In this document: positions 1-11,800 of the stretch, piece after piece
Numbering within the stretch: the stretch's first letter is position 1
Layout of the letters: each line of letters starts with the position of its first letter
Notes under the pieces: generated by a model
The model's input: the letters and a program-made list of their open reading frames with translations, nothing else
Database searches by the model: none
What the model was told of the DNA's origin: nothing
Assembly (NCBI RefSeq): GCF_001194135.2
Contig: NC_069004.1
Location: forward strand, 26,662,756 to 26,698,428
From: Octopus bimaculoides
Taxonomy: Eukaryota
Reading direction: 5' to 3'
DNA: 35,673 nt
Made by a program: the position numbers and the translations under genes

Positions 1-35
<35 letters not shown>

Positions 36-197
36 CATACATATATATACACACACGCATATATATATATACATATATATACGAATATATACGAATACAC
101 ATATGTCTACGAATGTATATTACTTAACGTAGAAGGAATGCGAGAAAACGCATCCACTTCAACATGCACATATATGTATATACATAATCATATATAC

Positions 198-237
<40 letters not shown>

Positions 238-554
238 TCACAAACACGCATATATATACACATATGTGTGAGTGTATGAGTGCATGTGCTTGAGTGTGTG
301 CGTTCGTTTGTGCGTGTGCTTTTGTGGGTGTGTGTGCTTATGTGTGTATACACACAGAGAAGCAGAGGGAAAAGTTAAAATGTATATGTCTGTTATATAT
401 ATGGTATACATTCAAATACCTTACTTCTTCCGGCTGACAAGGCTTCGAAATTCACCTCCATGAGAGCAGTGCGTGCACAGAAGCGCCTTTTGTGCCGAAA
501 AAATATTCATTCATACATATATATACATGCATACAAACGTAAATACATAGAAAG

Positions 555-593
<39 letters not shown>

Positions 594-642
594 TATAGGT
601 ATGTATATACATGAACACACATACATATCTGTATATATATAT
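1..642. repeat. Compound (AT)n/(AC)n/(GT)n microsatellite field
   Basis: Directly visible dinucleotide runs; source of the spurious YIYI/HTHT ORFs. Confidence 0.97.
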
Positions 643-1221
643 NNNNNNNNNNNNNNNNNNNNNNNNNNNNNNNNNNNNNNNNNNNNNNNNNNNNNNNNNN
701 NNNNNNNNNNNNNNNNNNNNNNNNNNNNNNNNNNNNNNNNNNNNNNNNNNNNNNNNNNNNNNNNNNNNNNNNNNNNNNNNNNNNNNNNNNNNNNNNNNNN
801 NNNNNNNNNNNNNNNNNNNNNNNNNNNNNNNNNNNNNNNNNNNNNNNNNNNNNNNNNNNNNNNNNNNNNNNNNNNNNNNNNNNNNNNNNNNNNNNNNNNN
901 NNNNNNNNNNNNNNNNNNNNNNNNNNNNNNNNNNNNNNNNNNNNNNNNNNNNNNNNNNNNNNNNNNNNNNNNNNNNNNNNNNNNNNNNNNNNNNNNNNNN
1001 NNNNNNNNNNNNNNNNNNNNNNNNNNNNNNNNNNNNNNNNNNNNNNNNNNNNNNNNNNNNNNNNNNNNNNNNNNNNNNNNNNNNNNNNNNNNNNNNNNNN
1101 NNNNNNNNNNNNNNNNNNNNNNNNNNNNNNNNNNNNNNNNNNNNNNNNNNNNNNNNNNNNNNNNNNNNNNNNNNNNNNNNNNNNNNNNNNNNNNNNNNNN
1201 NNNNNNNNNNNNNNNNNNNNN
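643..1221. other. Assembly gap (N run). Other gaps at 3844-4008, 8339-8421, 17493-17554, 24427-24950, 28709-29337
   Basis: N runs; each has an (AT)n-rich tract on at least one side. Confidence 0.99.
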
Positions 1222-1264
1222 TATTCATGTAGACTGAGAGTATGGCGTCTGTATATATATATAA

Positions 1265-1269
<5 letters not shown>

Positions 1270-1309
<40 letters not shown>

Positions 1310-1340
1310 GCCAGACAGACAGACAAACAGACAGACAGAG
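1270..1340 (+). repeat. (GACA)n tetranucleotide microsatellite
   Basis: About 17 near-perfect GACA units. Confidence 0.95.
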
Positions 1341-1348
1341 ATGAGTAA

Positions 1349-1917
1349 AATTTAGGTTAGTTGAAATATGTTTGTCACATGCTTTAACTGCTAAAGGCAA
1401 ATACACTGCAGTTACCGAGGAGAAAGTATCTCATGGATGTTTCGAGTTTTTTGCCGCTTGTCAATGAGATGTATCTAAGAGAGGCAACTCTGAACGAATT
1501 AAATAAAGCTTGTCAACACGTTGATTGGCCCGATCGAGATAAATATTTCAACTAACCAAAATTGTCCTCATACCTAAACCCTGCTTTGCACCAATGCTTC
1601 GTTATTTATTTCAATCGGACGATCTACTATACGCAAATTAGTCAACGTGATAAATGAAGTATATATAAAGCTACAAGCTTTAATTAGTTCGTGGAGAGTT
1701 GCCTCTCTTAGGTACATCTCATTTACAAGAATACGAAAAAAAAAACAAAAAAAACTCGAAACATCGATGTCTGAGATTCCTAACAGATGGCGACACCGAA
1801 CGAACTGGTGTTTTCACACATTTTTACCATCAGAGATATCTTTATCCTCAGTAACTGCAGTGTATTAGCTTTTAGCAGTTGAAATATGTGATAAACCTAT
1901 TTCAACTAACCTAAATT
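1349..1917. mobile_element. Foldback element with long imperfect inverted arms (1349-1513 / 1673-1917); MITE or inverted Penelope pLTR pair
   Basis: Left AATTTAGGTTAGTTGAAATATG...CACTGCAGTTACCGAGG...GAGAGGCAACTCT...AAGCTTGT matches the reverse complement of the right arm. The right arm carries an extra ~55 bp near 1775-1830. Confidence 0.85.
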
Positions 1918-2008
1918 GAGTTCAAATTTAAACACTACTTTGCGCCAATGTTTCGTTATATATATATATATATATATATATGCATGTATATATGAGTTTA
2001 TATATATA

Positions 2009-2978
2009 CAGGGTACGATGGGTGAATTTTGGCCATTCTATAGTTTTATTTCCGCACATGCACTTTGTCTTTTTATTTTTATTTTGTTGACTAGATAGTA
2101 TAGCAGGTTCAGTTGGACACCGTCTGTGAGAAAGACTACACCAATTCACTCCGCCAGAAATTTGGAATCTACATTCTGTATTGCTTGGCATTCGTGCCGT
2201 AATCTCTAATACGAACATTTCAGAGTGTTTGGATATCAACCAGAGGACAGTGCAGAGAATTCGGAAAGAGTCTTATTACGAAAGCAGTGCACATCGGAAG
2301 ACTCACCGATTGTTCTGATAAGAAAAGGACAGCTGAATTTGTTGGTGAGATATAGGCCATGATTGACAACAATCCTTCCAAGTCAATCAGGTCCACCACC
2401 AGGGAGATGGGAGTTTCTGAGTTTCTTACCAGACAGGTAGTGCAAGAAGACATTCGGTAGTCCTCATACAAGATGAGACAGGGCCAATTTTTATCCCAAA
2501 TCAGCAAAGACAAGATGAAAGACCGCGCTACGAAGCTTTTCAACAGACTCAAGCATACTCTCCAACCGACCATGCTTTGGTTTGTCTCAGATGGTGAACT
2601 CACAGAACAACCGTTGGCTTGCAGTGTCCCCAAAACATGTACGGAGATTGATAAAAATCAAACATCGAGTCTGCAACCTCATTGATTATTATGTGTGAGG
2701 CGCAGTTGAAGAAGCGACCAACAAAACTTCTTGTAACACCAAAGATGAACTAAGGCATTGACCAACTTAAACAAGCAGAACGTTCAGAAGAGTTGCGGAA
2801 GATTCCGATGTCGTCTGCAAGCCGTGGTTGAAGCCGTTGGTGATTTTATTGAATATATTTACTCGTTGATATTTCAAGATATTCCTATGTAATTTTGGTA
2901 AATATATCTGTTAAAATTATATGTATAGTTATTTTCAATTGTTTTAAAATTTAGGCGACAATTTATTCACCGCACCCT
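2009..2978 (+). mobile_element. Internally deleted, degraded DD37D (maT-type) Tc1/mariner transposon
   Basis: Fragments translate to FTPPEIWNLHSVLLGIRA (HTH), RTAEFVGEI.AMIDNNPSKSIRS, YKMRQGQFLS...LKHTLQPTMLWFVSD and CNLIDYYV*GAVEEATNK...CGRFRCRLQAVVEAVGDFIE. Right TIR (rc AGGGTGCGGTGAATAAATTGTCGCCTAAATT) matches the TIR at 17570. Left end TA-CAGGGT is degenerate. Confidence 0.9.
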
Positions 2979-2999
2979 CGTTGACTGAACACTATTCAA

Positions 3000-3160
3000 T
3001 TTTTTTTCTCCGTGTTTTTCTCCTTGTCTCCGTATTCTTTCTGTTGAAGAGCGTAGCTCGAAACGTCAAAGACTTTCCGTATTCCCGAGCGTCATACTAA
3101 TATATCCTTTTGTTATTTACACCACCTGTCCTCGTCTGTTGTTATTATTTGTATATTCTC

Positions 3161-3162
<2 letters not shown>
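3000..3162 (+). repeat. ~150-bp dispersed repeat family A, copy 1 (Penelope pLTR-like, hammerhead-like motif), followed by (AT)n
   Basis: Shares GAAGAGCGTAG(G)CTCGAAACGT.AAAGACTTT...ATACTAATA...TACACCACCTGTC...ATTCTCCC with copies at 8646, 17365 and 18864. Confidence 0.85.
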
Positions 3163-3232
<70 letters not shown>

Positions 3233-3405
3233 GGCACTATTCTCAAGAAACTTTTATAAATATGTAGTTAATATGATGTCATATGAAGCATCTGAGGTGT
3301 TAGATTTGAAGCTAGACACACACACATATATGTATGTATGTATGTATGTTTGTATGCATGTATGTATGTACAATCGCACACACTAAGACAGGAGTGAGAG
3401 AGGAA

Positions 3406-3410
<5 letters not shown>

Positions 3411-3461
<51 letters not shown>
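3411..3461 (+). repeat. (GA)n microsatellite (another at 4130-4217)
   Basis: Direct. Confidence 0.95.
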
Positions 3462-3464
<3 letters not shown>

Positions 3465-3802
3465 AAATTCAGAAATATGCTGATCTTAAAATAGTTTTGC
3501 CCGATTATGTAGATACATGCGATTTGTTCCCACCCGGATTTACGTTAAAATGAAAATTTAACTGTCAGAGTTTAATGAACTCTTATTAATTCGGCTCTTA
3601 ATTACCGTAGATTTATTCTTTGATGTTTATACAACTATTCTCTATATGAAAACATACACACACATATATATATGCGTCTATGTATGTGTGCCTGTCTGTC
3701 TGTCTCTCTGTGTGTGTATGTGAGGGTGTGTATGCGCCAGCGTCGGTTGTGTGTGTGCGATTTTATATGATGTATTTATGTATGCACACACGTTTATATA
3801 TA

Positions 3803-3843
<41 letters not shown>

Positions 3844-4026
3844 NNNNNNNNNNNNNNNNNNNNNNNNNNNNNNNNNNNNNNNNNNNNNNNNNNNNNNNNN
3901 NNNNNNNNNNNNNNNNNNNNNNNNNNNNNNNNNNNNNNNNNNNNNNNNNNNNNNNNNNNNNNNNNNNNNNNNNNNNNNNNNNNNNNNNNNNNNNNNNNNN
4001 NNNNNNNNGACTAAACGCTTCAGCTT

Positions 4027-4070
4027 GGTGCTCCAGCATGGCTGCAGTCCAATGACCAAAACAAGTAAAG
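4027..4070 (+). mobile_element. 3' tail of SINE family 2, next to an assembly gap
   Basis: GGTGCTCCAGCATGGCTGCAGTCCAATGACCAAAACAAGTAAAG is the reverse complement of the tails at 4561, 6430 and 32193. Confidence 0.8.
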
Positions 4071-4128
4071 GGCACAAAGTGCTAAGAATTATTCATTAAC
4101 TGTTATATTAAACAATGCAAATTATCCC

Positions 4129-4217
<89 letters not shown>

Positions 4218-4560
4218 TAGTCAGGCAAGAGATAATGACTTAGCTTAACGATTTAGTATCTAGATTAATGAGATAGTAATTCTATATAACTAATTATTTT
4301 GTTCACGCTAATGAAAACATGTCACTCAAAGTACAATGAACCTTAACACCTTGAGACTGCAATGTATTTCAAGGTTGACACCAATTTAATTCTGTTACAA
4401 CATATATTGATATAATTTAAATTAACCGTATTTAACAGCTGGTGATTAGAAAATCTATGGTTATTCATTAAAATGATACAAGAACAAAATTATCCACAAA
4501 AAATTCTCTTGGTATTAGAGAAAAAAAATAGAATGTTCTGTTTTATTTCTTTTTATCTTT

Positions 4561-4610
4561 CTTTTACTTGTTTCAGTCTTTGGACTGCGGTCAGACTGGG
4601 CCATCGCCTG
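4561..4610 (-). mobile_element. Degraded 3' tail of SINE family 2
   Basis: CTTTTACTTGTTTCAGTCTTTGGACTGCGG matches 32201-32230. Confidence 0.7.
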
Positions 4611-4724
4611 GAAGATCTAAGAAGAGGAAAATGGCTACGAAATTAAGATTTACACTGACTGCGTGATTAAATTCCATGGGCATTTCCATACTTATGTTAA
4701 TTATCCGACAAAGAGAACAAAAAT

Positions 4725-4930
4725 GGCGGCCTTGCTAACAGAATCGTAGACACTCCGAATCAAATACTTAGAGGCAATTCTTCTGAGTCTATGTTCTGTG
4801 ATCAAATTCCACTGAGGTCAACTCTTTGTCTTTTCTCCCTTGGAGCTCGATAAAATGAATAACTGTTGAGAACTGGGCTTGATGCAATCGATTTCCCTTT
4901 CTTCTCAAAATTGCTGGTCTTATGTAAGAG
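4725..4930 (+). mobile_element. Degraded tRNA-derived SINE family 1
   Basis: GGCGGC...CAGAATCGTAG...TCAAATTCCACTGAGGTCAAC...GCTCGATAAAAT...CTGGG.TTGATGCAATCGA aligns with the cleaner copies at 15291 and 15636. Confidence 0.7.
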
Positions 4931-5929
4931 TTATCTACGAAAAAAAAAACAAATTGGTATTTTTCTGTTTCTACAATACTTTTTTCAGTATCTCCTGTAG
5001 GTATGGTTTTCATATCCAGTAACAAAAGTATTTCATTCATGCTGTGTTAAGAGAGATTTGATGAAATTTGTGAAAAAGGTAACGAACACCTCAAAAATTG
5101 TCTTTTGTAGAAAGGAAAGGTTTTCTCAAAGAAGTAAGAGCAATACCGATCTCCACATTTTGCTCCATTAACTGTAACAAAAGTTTCAGTGGATATATAT
5201 ACGCTTTACGCGTTGAAAGGTTTAACACTTTGTTGTGTATTATATCTATAACATGTAACGGCATTAACTCAAATTATTTGTTTTAGAAAAACTCATCAAA
5301 GAGTCATTCGTATTGTGCACTGATGTTCGTGTGTGTGTACTAGCTCATTTGTCAATATTGTGTATATGTGAGTGTTTACATACACTTATATGTTGTAAAA
5401 CCAATGGAATTTTGGATGGCCTACATATAAAGCTTTATATTTTACTAGTAGTATCCCATGGAAATTCCACCGTCATTTACAAAATTGTAAGGTGAAATTT
5501 TATAATTTTCTGAACCATTAGAACCTTGAAATGATGCAAAAGTCCATATTAAAGGTGCAATCTCAAGAAACATCCCAAAGATTTTATATTCTTACAATTT
5601 CTACTTCGTGAGTCGTCTGTTATGTTTCAGTTTACGTTAAGAAGTAAACAGTATTAAGTATGGAGCAAAATCAAAAGCATTATCTATAACATCATTCTGC
5701 TTCATTACGTTGGCAAGGTTTAAACAAATCTTAATAAGGTTATTTGAAAAGAACCTTATACTTTGCCTTCTTAGTTTTGTATCGTCTGATGTTGGCCCTA
5801 TCTTATAAGCTTTGTCTAAGCAGACGATAGTTACTTCACTAAAGCGCATGCGTTAAGTGATAGGTGATATAAAAATTAAAGACAAAACGTAAAAGAACTA
5901 ACACTTTTCGCTGGTCGCTTCAATTAATA

Positions 5930-6220
5930 CAATTTCTCTCTCTTCCCCTCTCTCTCTCTTTCTCTCTCATTCTCCCATTTATTCTCTTTCTCCTTTTACT
6001 TCTTTCAGCCATATCACAACTCCCTGCTCCTCTGCATTAAATATTCTGTTTCTCCTCTCTACTTCTCTCATCAACTATTTAACCACATAATGTGATAGCA
6101 ATCCTTTCCTCCGAGCTCTCACAACTGATCGCCTTCCACTTCCATTGTCTCTCTTTCTCACTCTCTCTCTCTGTCTCCTCTTTCTATCTCCTCTTTCTAT
6201 CTCCTCTTCCTTCGACTAAC
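5930..6220 (+). repeat. Polypyrimidine (TC)-rich low-complexity tract
   Basis: Degenerate (TC)n. Confidence 0.8.
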
Positions 6221-6429
6221 CACAGCGTCACACATTTTCCCATACCATATTAATACCAAAATGCATATACATATTATGTACATGCCTACATACATATGTA
6301 TACATCTGCTATTCTTTCATTCCACATCCTTCTCTCACTCCCACTCCACTTCTCTCACTCCCAATCTCTAACTAAATTGTAACGTGCGAACGAACAAGCA
6401 GTGTTATGATATAGATATTTCACCTTTCA

Positions 6430-6471
6430 TTTGTTTCAGTCATTGGACTGCAGCCATGCTGTAGCACTGCC
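6430..6471 (-). mobile_element. 3' tail of SINE family 2, fused to an R4-like 3' terminus
   Basis: TTTGTTTCAGTCATTGGACTGCAGCCATGCTGTAGCACTGCC. Confidence 0.8.
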
Positions 6472-6473
6472 TA

Positions 6474-6535
6474 GAAGGAACCTTGGATCTAGGTTCTTTC
6501 TCTGTTGGCAAGAAATCCTGAAATAAAACTGAAGA
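6474..6535 (+). mobile_element. Extreme 3' end (~60 bp) of an R4/Dong-like LINE, followed by (CATA)n at 6538-6612
   Basis: GAAGGAACCTTGGATCTAGG...GGCAAGAAATCCTGAAATAAAACTGAAGA matches the 3' termini at 7627-7686, 14672-14745 and rc 13467-13545. Confidence 0.8.
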
Positions 6536-7281
6536 CTGACATACATACATACATACATACATACATACATGCATACATACATACATACATACATACATAC
6601 ATACATACATACATTCTCCATGAACAACATCACGTGGTTTCACCACAAGACTGGATTCACGTTGAAGACTTGCTTTTGACATGCCTTCACAGCATTTATC
6701 ACCCAGTGTGACTGTTGCTCCATCTGACAGGTTCTTGTTCCAAAATACGCAATCTGGTTGAATATTAATATAGGCCTAAAGACAGACGTTATGGAAAAAC
6801 CTACATGTAGTTATGAATATAACTGCCTATACTGATGTCTTAGCTAGACTGATGCAGCACAGACATCCTAACTTTAGAATCAAATATTTAGACATACCAT
6901 ATCATACACACCTCTTATACCAATCGTATAGCAGATACAATACCGGTTAAGGGTTAAGATGGGGTGAGACTGCCCCTGGTAAGCGTATAGGGCAGCTCCA
7001 AATCCCTTGGCAAACATTTCCATGTGAAAGATATACCAGGAAAACATAGGTTAGAACACCAAAAATGACTTGAAAGCTTTATAAGAAGTATTGCTGTGTC
7101 TGTCTGTACCTTGGTCGTCTAATACTGAAATCCAGAAGTTCAAATCTGAAAAAAATATTGTTCCACTCAAAAGATTTTCCTGTGACTTTTAGTATATCAT
7201 GAAGGGTACCCTACTGAACGAATGCAAACAGCTTTCGTTTCTGTTGAATTTAGTAGTGGATTCTGGTGAATATCAATTAAT

Positions 7282-7690
7282 TTGACTGGACCATTTATAC
7301 ATGTAATTATTGGGGCACTGGGGTGTGTAACACACTGCCTAAATACTAATCTTGAGAAATTAAGCTTCTCAAAATCAGAATGGAGGAAGCTGATTCTAAG
7401 ACTACAGATCCAAGTTATCACTGGAACTGTAAAAGTCTGTAAAACTTTCCAGAAGTTTATCATTTAAGTATATATGAGCACGTTTAGATATACAAGTATA
7501 TGCATGAGAAGACATAAATAAAACAAAAAGTACAAAATCTGCACGTATATATACATACGTACATACATACATACATGCATACATACATAAAAATATACCC
7601 TGTTGATGATGCTGAAATTTCAATCAAGGAACCTTGGACCTAGCTTCTTTCTCTATTGGCAAGAAATCCTGAAATAAAACTGAAGAATTA
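7282..7690 (+). mobile_element. 3' fragment of an R4/Dong-like non-LTR retrotransposon (restriction-like endonuclease C-terminus plus 3' UTR)
   Basis: HVIIGALGCVTHCLNTNLEKLSFSKSEWRKLILRLQIQVITGTVKVCKTFQKFII* fits the PIVIGALG...LQ...GT..I..F C-terminus of RLE-bearing R4-clade elements. The UTR contains an internal (CATA)n. Confidence 0.8.
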
Positions 7691-8186
7691 CATACATACA
7701 TATATACATATATACATATATACATATATACATATATATACGTACATGCATACATACACACACACATACATACATACATACATGCATGCATACGCGCATG
7801 CCTGCATATGATATAGAATCGATGTCTATACCTAGACATATTCAAATACGTGTGTGTGTATCATGCAACTATTAACGTAATTTGTGCTACGTGTTACTGC
7901 CCCTTTAAATAGTATTCGAGAGAGCAAAGCATTAGATCCAATGGTAATATGTACAAATATATGCGTGTGTATGAGTTGTGAGTGTGTGTGCGTGCGTGTG
8001 TGTGTTTGTGGGCATGTATCTGTGTGTATCTATGAGTGTTTACGTGTATGCATGTGTGCATGTATGCCTGTATATATTTATGTACACAGAAAGAAACAAA
8101 GATACTGGAGAGGAAATCAATTCGTGCGTGTGCAGGTATGCACGCACACACACACACACGCGCATATACACAGGTTTCCATATGTA

Positions 8187-8219
<33 letters not shown>

Positions 8220-8645
8220 CTATATATATATATATATATATACATATAATATACATATATATATATATATATATACATGTATAGATATACACATATATAT
8301 ATAAATATATGTGTATAAATATATATATATATATACACNNNNNNNNNNNNNNNNNNNNNNNNNNNNNNNNNNNNNNNNNNNNNNNNNNNNNNNNNNNNNN
8401 NNNNNNNNNNNNNNNNNNNNNGTGAGCAGTGTAAATTAATATTTTATTTTTATCTTTTATATAAACAGTGTATTATTGCTGTATTGTAGTGTAAACAATA
8501 ATTGTAAAATGATTATTTCAAACAATGGTAAAAGTACTTTTGTTTGAAGATTAGGCCTCCAATTCATTGTGTTCTAATTTGCAATTGTTGTTTACAAATA
8601 CACAATACCCCACTTCCGTATGCACACAAAATTACATACACAAAT

Positions 8646-8760
8646 GGGAGAATTCACAAAAAAAAACCGAAGACGATGACAGGTGGTGTAGACAACAAAC
8701 AGATGTATTAGTATAATACTCGGTAAATGAAAAAGTCTTTAACGTTTCGAGCCTATGCGT
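8646..8760 (-). repeat. Repeat family A, copy 2 (5'-truncated within the hammerhead-like stem II)
   Basis: rc reads GCATAGGCTCGAAACGTTAAAGACTTTTTC...TACACCACCTGTC...GTGAATTCTCCC. Confidence 0.85.
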
Positions 8761-8767
8761 GGGATCT

Positions 8768-8820
<53 letters not shown>

Positions 8821-8821
<1 letters not shown>

Positions 8822-9260
8822 ACCTCAGGAACATGCCTTAATATCAGCTGGTTATTCAGTGCGCTTTCCACTCGATATATATATTGCAAGCGAGAAGAAA
8901 ATCCCCTACCATTCTAGCTTAGAGACTTCCAAATCACTTCCTCTCGATTTTATTTCGACCATGCTTAGTGATGGATACTTGTCTGCTAGACAGTGGTAGT
9001 GTACCTAGCTCGCATTGATTATATAGATAAATAATATCACGGCCACTGGTTTTGCAAGTGGCACACTAGCTCGTTAAGAAAATGTCTATTAGAGACGAAA
9101 GCAGTATTTATACTGAGGGGTAATATTTCTCGCCACCGAAACGTTGGTGTTCTATAAAAGCAGACGACACTGCTATTTTAACCTCAGGAAGATGTCTCCT
9201 CTAGTTAGTTATTCAATGCGCTTCGACATATATTGCAAGCAGAAGGAATATAAAAATCCC
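8821..9260 (+). repeat. Diverged ~85-bp direct repeat (8821-8905 and 9180-9260)
   Basis: AACCTCAGGAA.ATG...GTTATTCA.TGCGCTT...ATATATTGCAAGC.(A)GAAG...AAAATCCC in both. Confidence 0.7.
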
Positions 9261-9349
9261 TCAGAGCATTTTTCTTTCTTTTTTGTTTTGCAAGCGATGT
9301 TCCAACTTAAGAAATTCAAAGCCCCTTTGTGTCTTTTGCAATGTTGTTA

Positions 9350-10725
9350 ATATAAATGGTGCAGAAGGAACACGTTATAGACTGCTATTTTGAATATTGT
9401 TAGTATTCCAAGTTTTTATTCAAACTGCAGGTACAAAGTTCATTTGCCTCGACTAGGTCCCCTTGCACTATTGATAAAATCCTGTACAATCTTCATAACT
9501 TCCTTAAATAGGTAAACTGTATTCTAAAGGAATTAGATATTAAAGCAAATGCAACTAAAGCAGATATTTCTGAACACTCATCAGATTCCGAATATAAATC
9601 AGAAGAAATGTAGGTATGATTCTTTTCACACAAGGAAGTTTGAACGATCTCAAAGCAGAGCCCCTCTTCTCTCATTTGACAGAAAGACACTTGCATGAAG
9701 AAAATGTAACAGTGAATTATTATAGAAAGCAAAATTATGATTTAGCATTTTATTTCAAAGAGAATCGTCCTCTCTGTTTGGTTCTTGACATTAACAGGCA
9801 TTTTGGAAGTTTTACTGAAAGCGACGTTTTACGCGAATGACAACTTTTTAAAGATGCATCAATACGAATTTTAAAAGCCATTTTTATTGTATAATAAGCA
9901 TTTTAGTCTCTGTCAACTCCAACAGCTAATTCGATGCATTTACATGAAACTTTTGTTAAAATGAATGTCCTTTTCAATTCAGTTCAATACACTGATCACC
10001 AGTGGAATCCTTATGCGCATCTTGAAATAATTGCTATGTTAACAGGCATGGAAGAGGAATTCACCAAGCAGATTCCTTTATATGTGGGGCACTCGTCGTT
10101 TACAAATCATTATAAAGGAAGAGAATGGCTAAGCAGGCCTTCATATATCTCTACAAGAAACAGCATTCAATCAATTCCTGTAGTTGATTCGAATAAAATA
10201 TTTTAACCACTTCTTCACAATACGGTTCGTTTAATGAAGGTATTTGTTAAGGCCGTCGTAAAAGATGATTTCATTTTCTCCCAGAAATATTTTCAGAATT
10301 ATATGCTGCCAAAATGAAAGAGCGAATTTTTTTTAAATACAGGACCTGAAATCCGAGAAATATTCGAAGATAAATATAATATTTTGATGACACATTCACA
10401 ACACCTAAGAGTAAAGTTTGCTGTATCTTTATAAGGATGTGTTAACTCCTTAAGTATTCACGGGTCTCTTGTCGAAATGAAGTTGGGAAACTGATTGAGA
10501 ATTTCACAGATATAGGTAGTTGGCGAGTGTTTATTACGTTAAATTCTTCACCGTTACAAATGGATTTCACTTCTGAAATCTTGGCGCTGCTAATGACGAA
10601 TATGGAGAGATTTCAGCAGGATATTAAATCTTTGCAAGATCGATATCAAGGAATCTAGCAAGCAAATTTGATGGCAGACCACTACTAGATTACTTGGTGA
10701 GTATACAATACCATTTACAAGAAAA
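9350..10725 (+). pseudogene. Degraded Chapaev-like (CMC superfamily, Chapaev3-type) transposase
   Basis: Collinear motifs across frames: EHVIDCYF (WREP..H..DCYFC Zn finger), LFTQGSLNDL, E*QLFKDASIRILKAILLYN, YTDHQWNPYAHLEIIAMLTG, KIF*PLLHNTVRLMKVFVKA, GPEIRE, MERFQQDIKSLQDRYQG. Many stops and frameshifts. Family assignment is from recall of the consensus. Confidence 0.8.
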
Positions 10726-10816
10726 GGACGTATTTATCACATTTTTATTGTATATATGTATGTACTGTATACAGATAGAAACGCACATATATACGTAGTG
10801 ATGCAATAAAATTTAA

Positions 10817-11156
10817 ATGAGAATAAACCTTCTCTCTCTCTCTCTTTCTCTCTCACACACACACACTCACTCACATAATACACATACAGGTAAATATCCA
10901 TACATATATACTTGCATATATACTTACTTGCATACATACATGCGTGCATATATATTTATATACATACTTACGTGCATACATACATACATACATGCATACA
11001 TACGTACGTACATACATACATACATGCATACATACGTACGTACGTACTTAAATACTTACATGCATATTTACATACATACCTACATACATATATACACACA
11101 TACTACATGTGTACAGACTTATGTAAATACATACGGACATACATACATGGATGCAT

Positions 11157-11205
<49 letters not shown>

Positions 11206-11240
11206 CACATATGTGCATACATGCATGCATACTTACATAT
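10817..11240. repeat. Compound (TC)n/(AC)n/(CATA)n/(AT)n microsatellite field
   Basis: Direct. Confidence 0.93.
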
Positions 11241-11369
11241 CTACATGCACGTGAGTTCTATTGCAAGTAATGAATAACGGAACCTAACTTTTATGTTATC
11301 GGATATAGGTCATTCAAACTGGTAGTGTTATATTTTCTTTTGCTGCTTCCATCTTCATTACTTGTAAAT

Positions 11370-11600
11370 GACGACTCCAACTGAAACAATTTCTCGTCAC
11401 TGAGTTCTTGCAGGTTATTTGATGTCTGCAGAAGGCTTCGTTTATGGAGATGATGCCACTGAGATGAGCAATGTGCTGAGAAGGATGAGGAAGCTTAAAG
11501 AAAGACATATCTCCAGTATTGAGGAAAAGAAAGCAAAAAAAGAAACGCAGTGGGCGATCATCAACTGGGAACACTGAGAAACATTGCAAGCGAGTTAATA
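11370..11600 (+). mobile_element. Possible highly degraded RTE LINE C-terminal fragment
   Basis: *VLAGYLMSAEGFVYGDDATEMSNVLRRMRKLKE...INWEH*ETLQAS loosely follows LRWAGHL...LLYGEL.TG.R.VGRP.LR.KD...WE.LA. An exon reading (TTGCAG acceptor at 11418) is not excluded. Confidence 0.35.
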
Positions 11601-11689
11601 AATTAATCCGAACAAACAAATGAGATACTACATTCCATGATGATGTTGTACAATTGGAATAGAGTTACAATGCATTACCAAAAGTAGTG

Positions 11690-11800
11690 GAAGATTGGGT
11701 CTTGGGAAGCTCAGGAGTTGACATCCGATTTGAAGGAGAGATCAGTGAACGTCTGCACTGATCTACTGGAAGCGTTTCAAGCGAATGAAAGCGCGATTTC
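11690..11800 (+). mobile_element. Short mariner-like transposase fragment
   Basis: SWEAQELTSDLKERSVNVCTDLLEAFQANE resembles mariner RWVPRELT...KERRV..C.ELL..Y..EG. Confidence 0.5.

Noticed and set aside
5111-5133. Possible 23-nt microexon (TTTTGTAG...AA/GTAAGA); also acceptor-like sites at 17025, 21720, 23168 and 29546
   Set aside because: Splice-like motifs are frequent by chance in AT-rich DNA. I found no consistent frame, no recognisable protein and no matching donor for most.
9113-9147. CUGAGGGGU...ACC-GAAAC-GUU hammerhead-like string; similarly rc 26140-26190 (AGGA...UCCU-GAAAC-GGCG-GUA)
   Set aside because: No helix I complementarity, and the core is incomplete or helix III is not palindromic.
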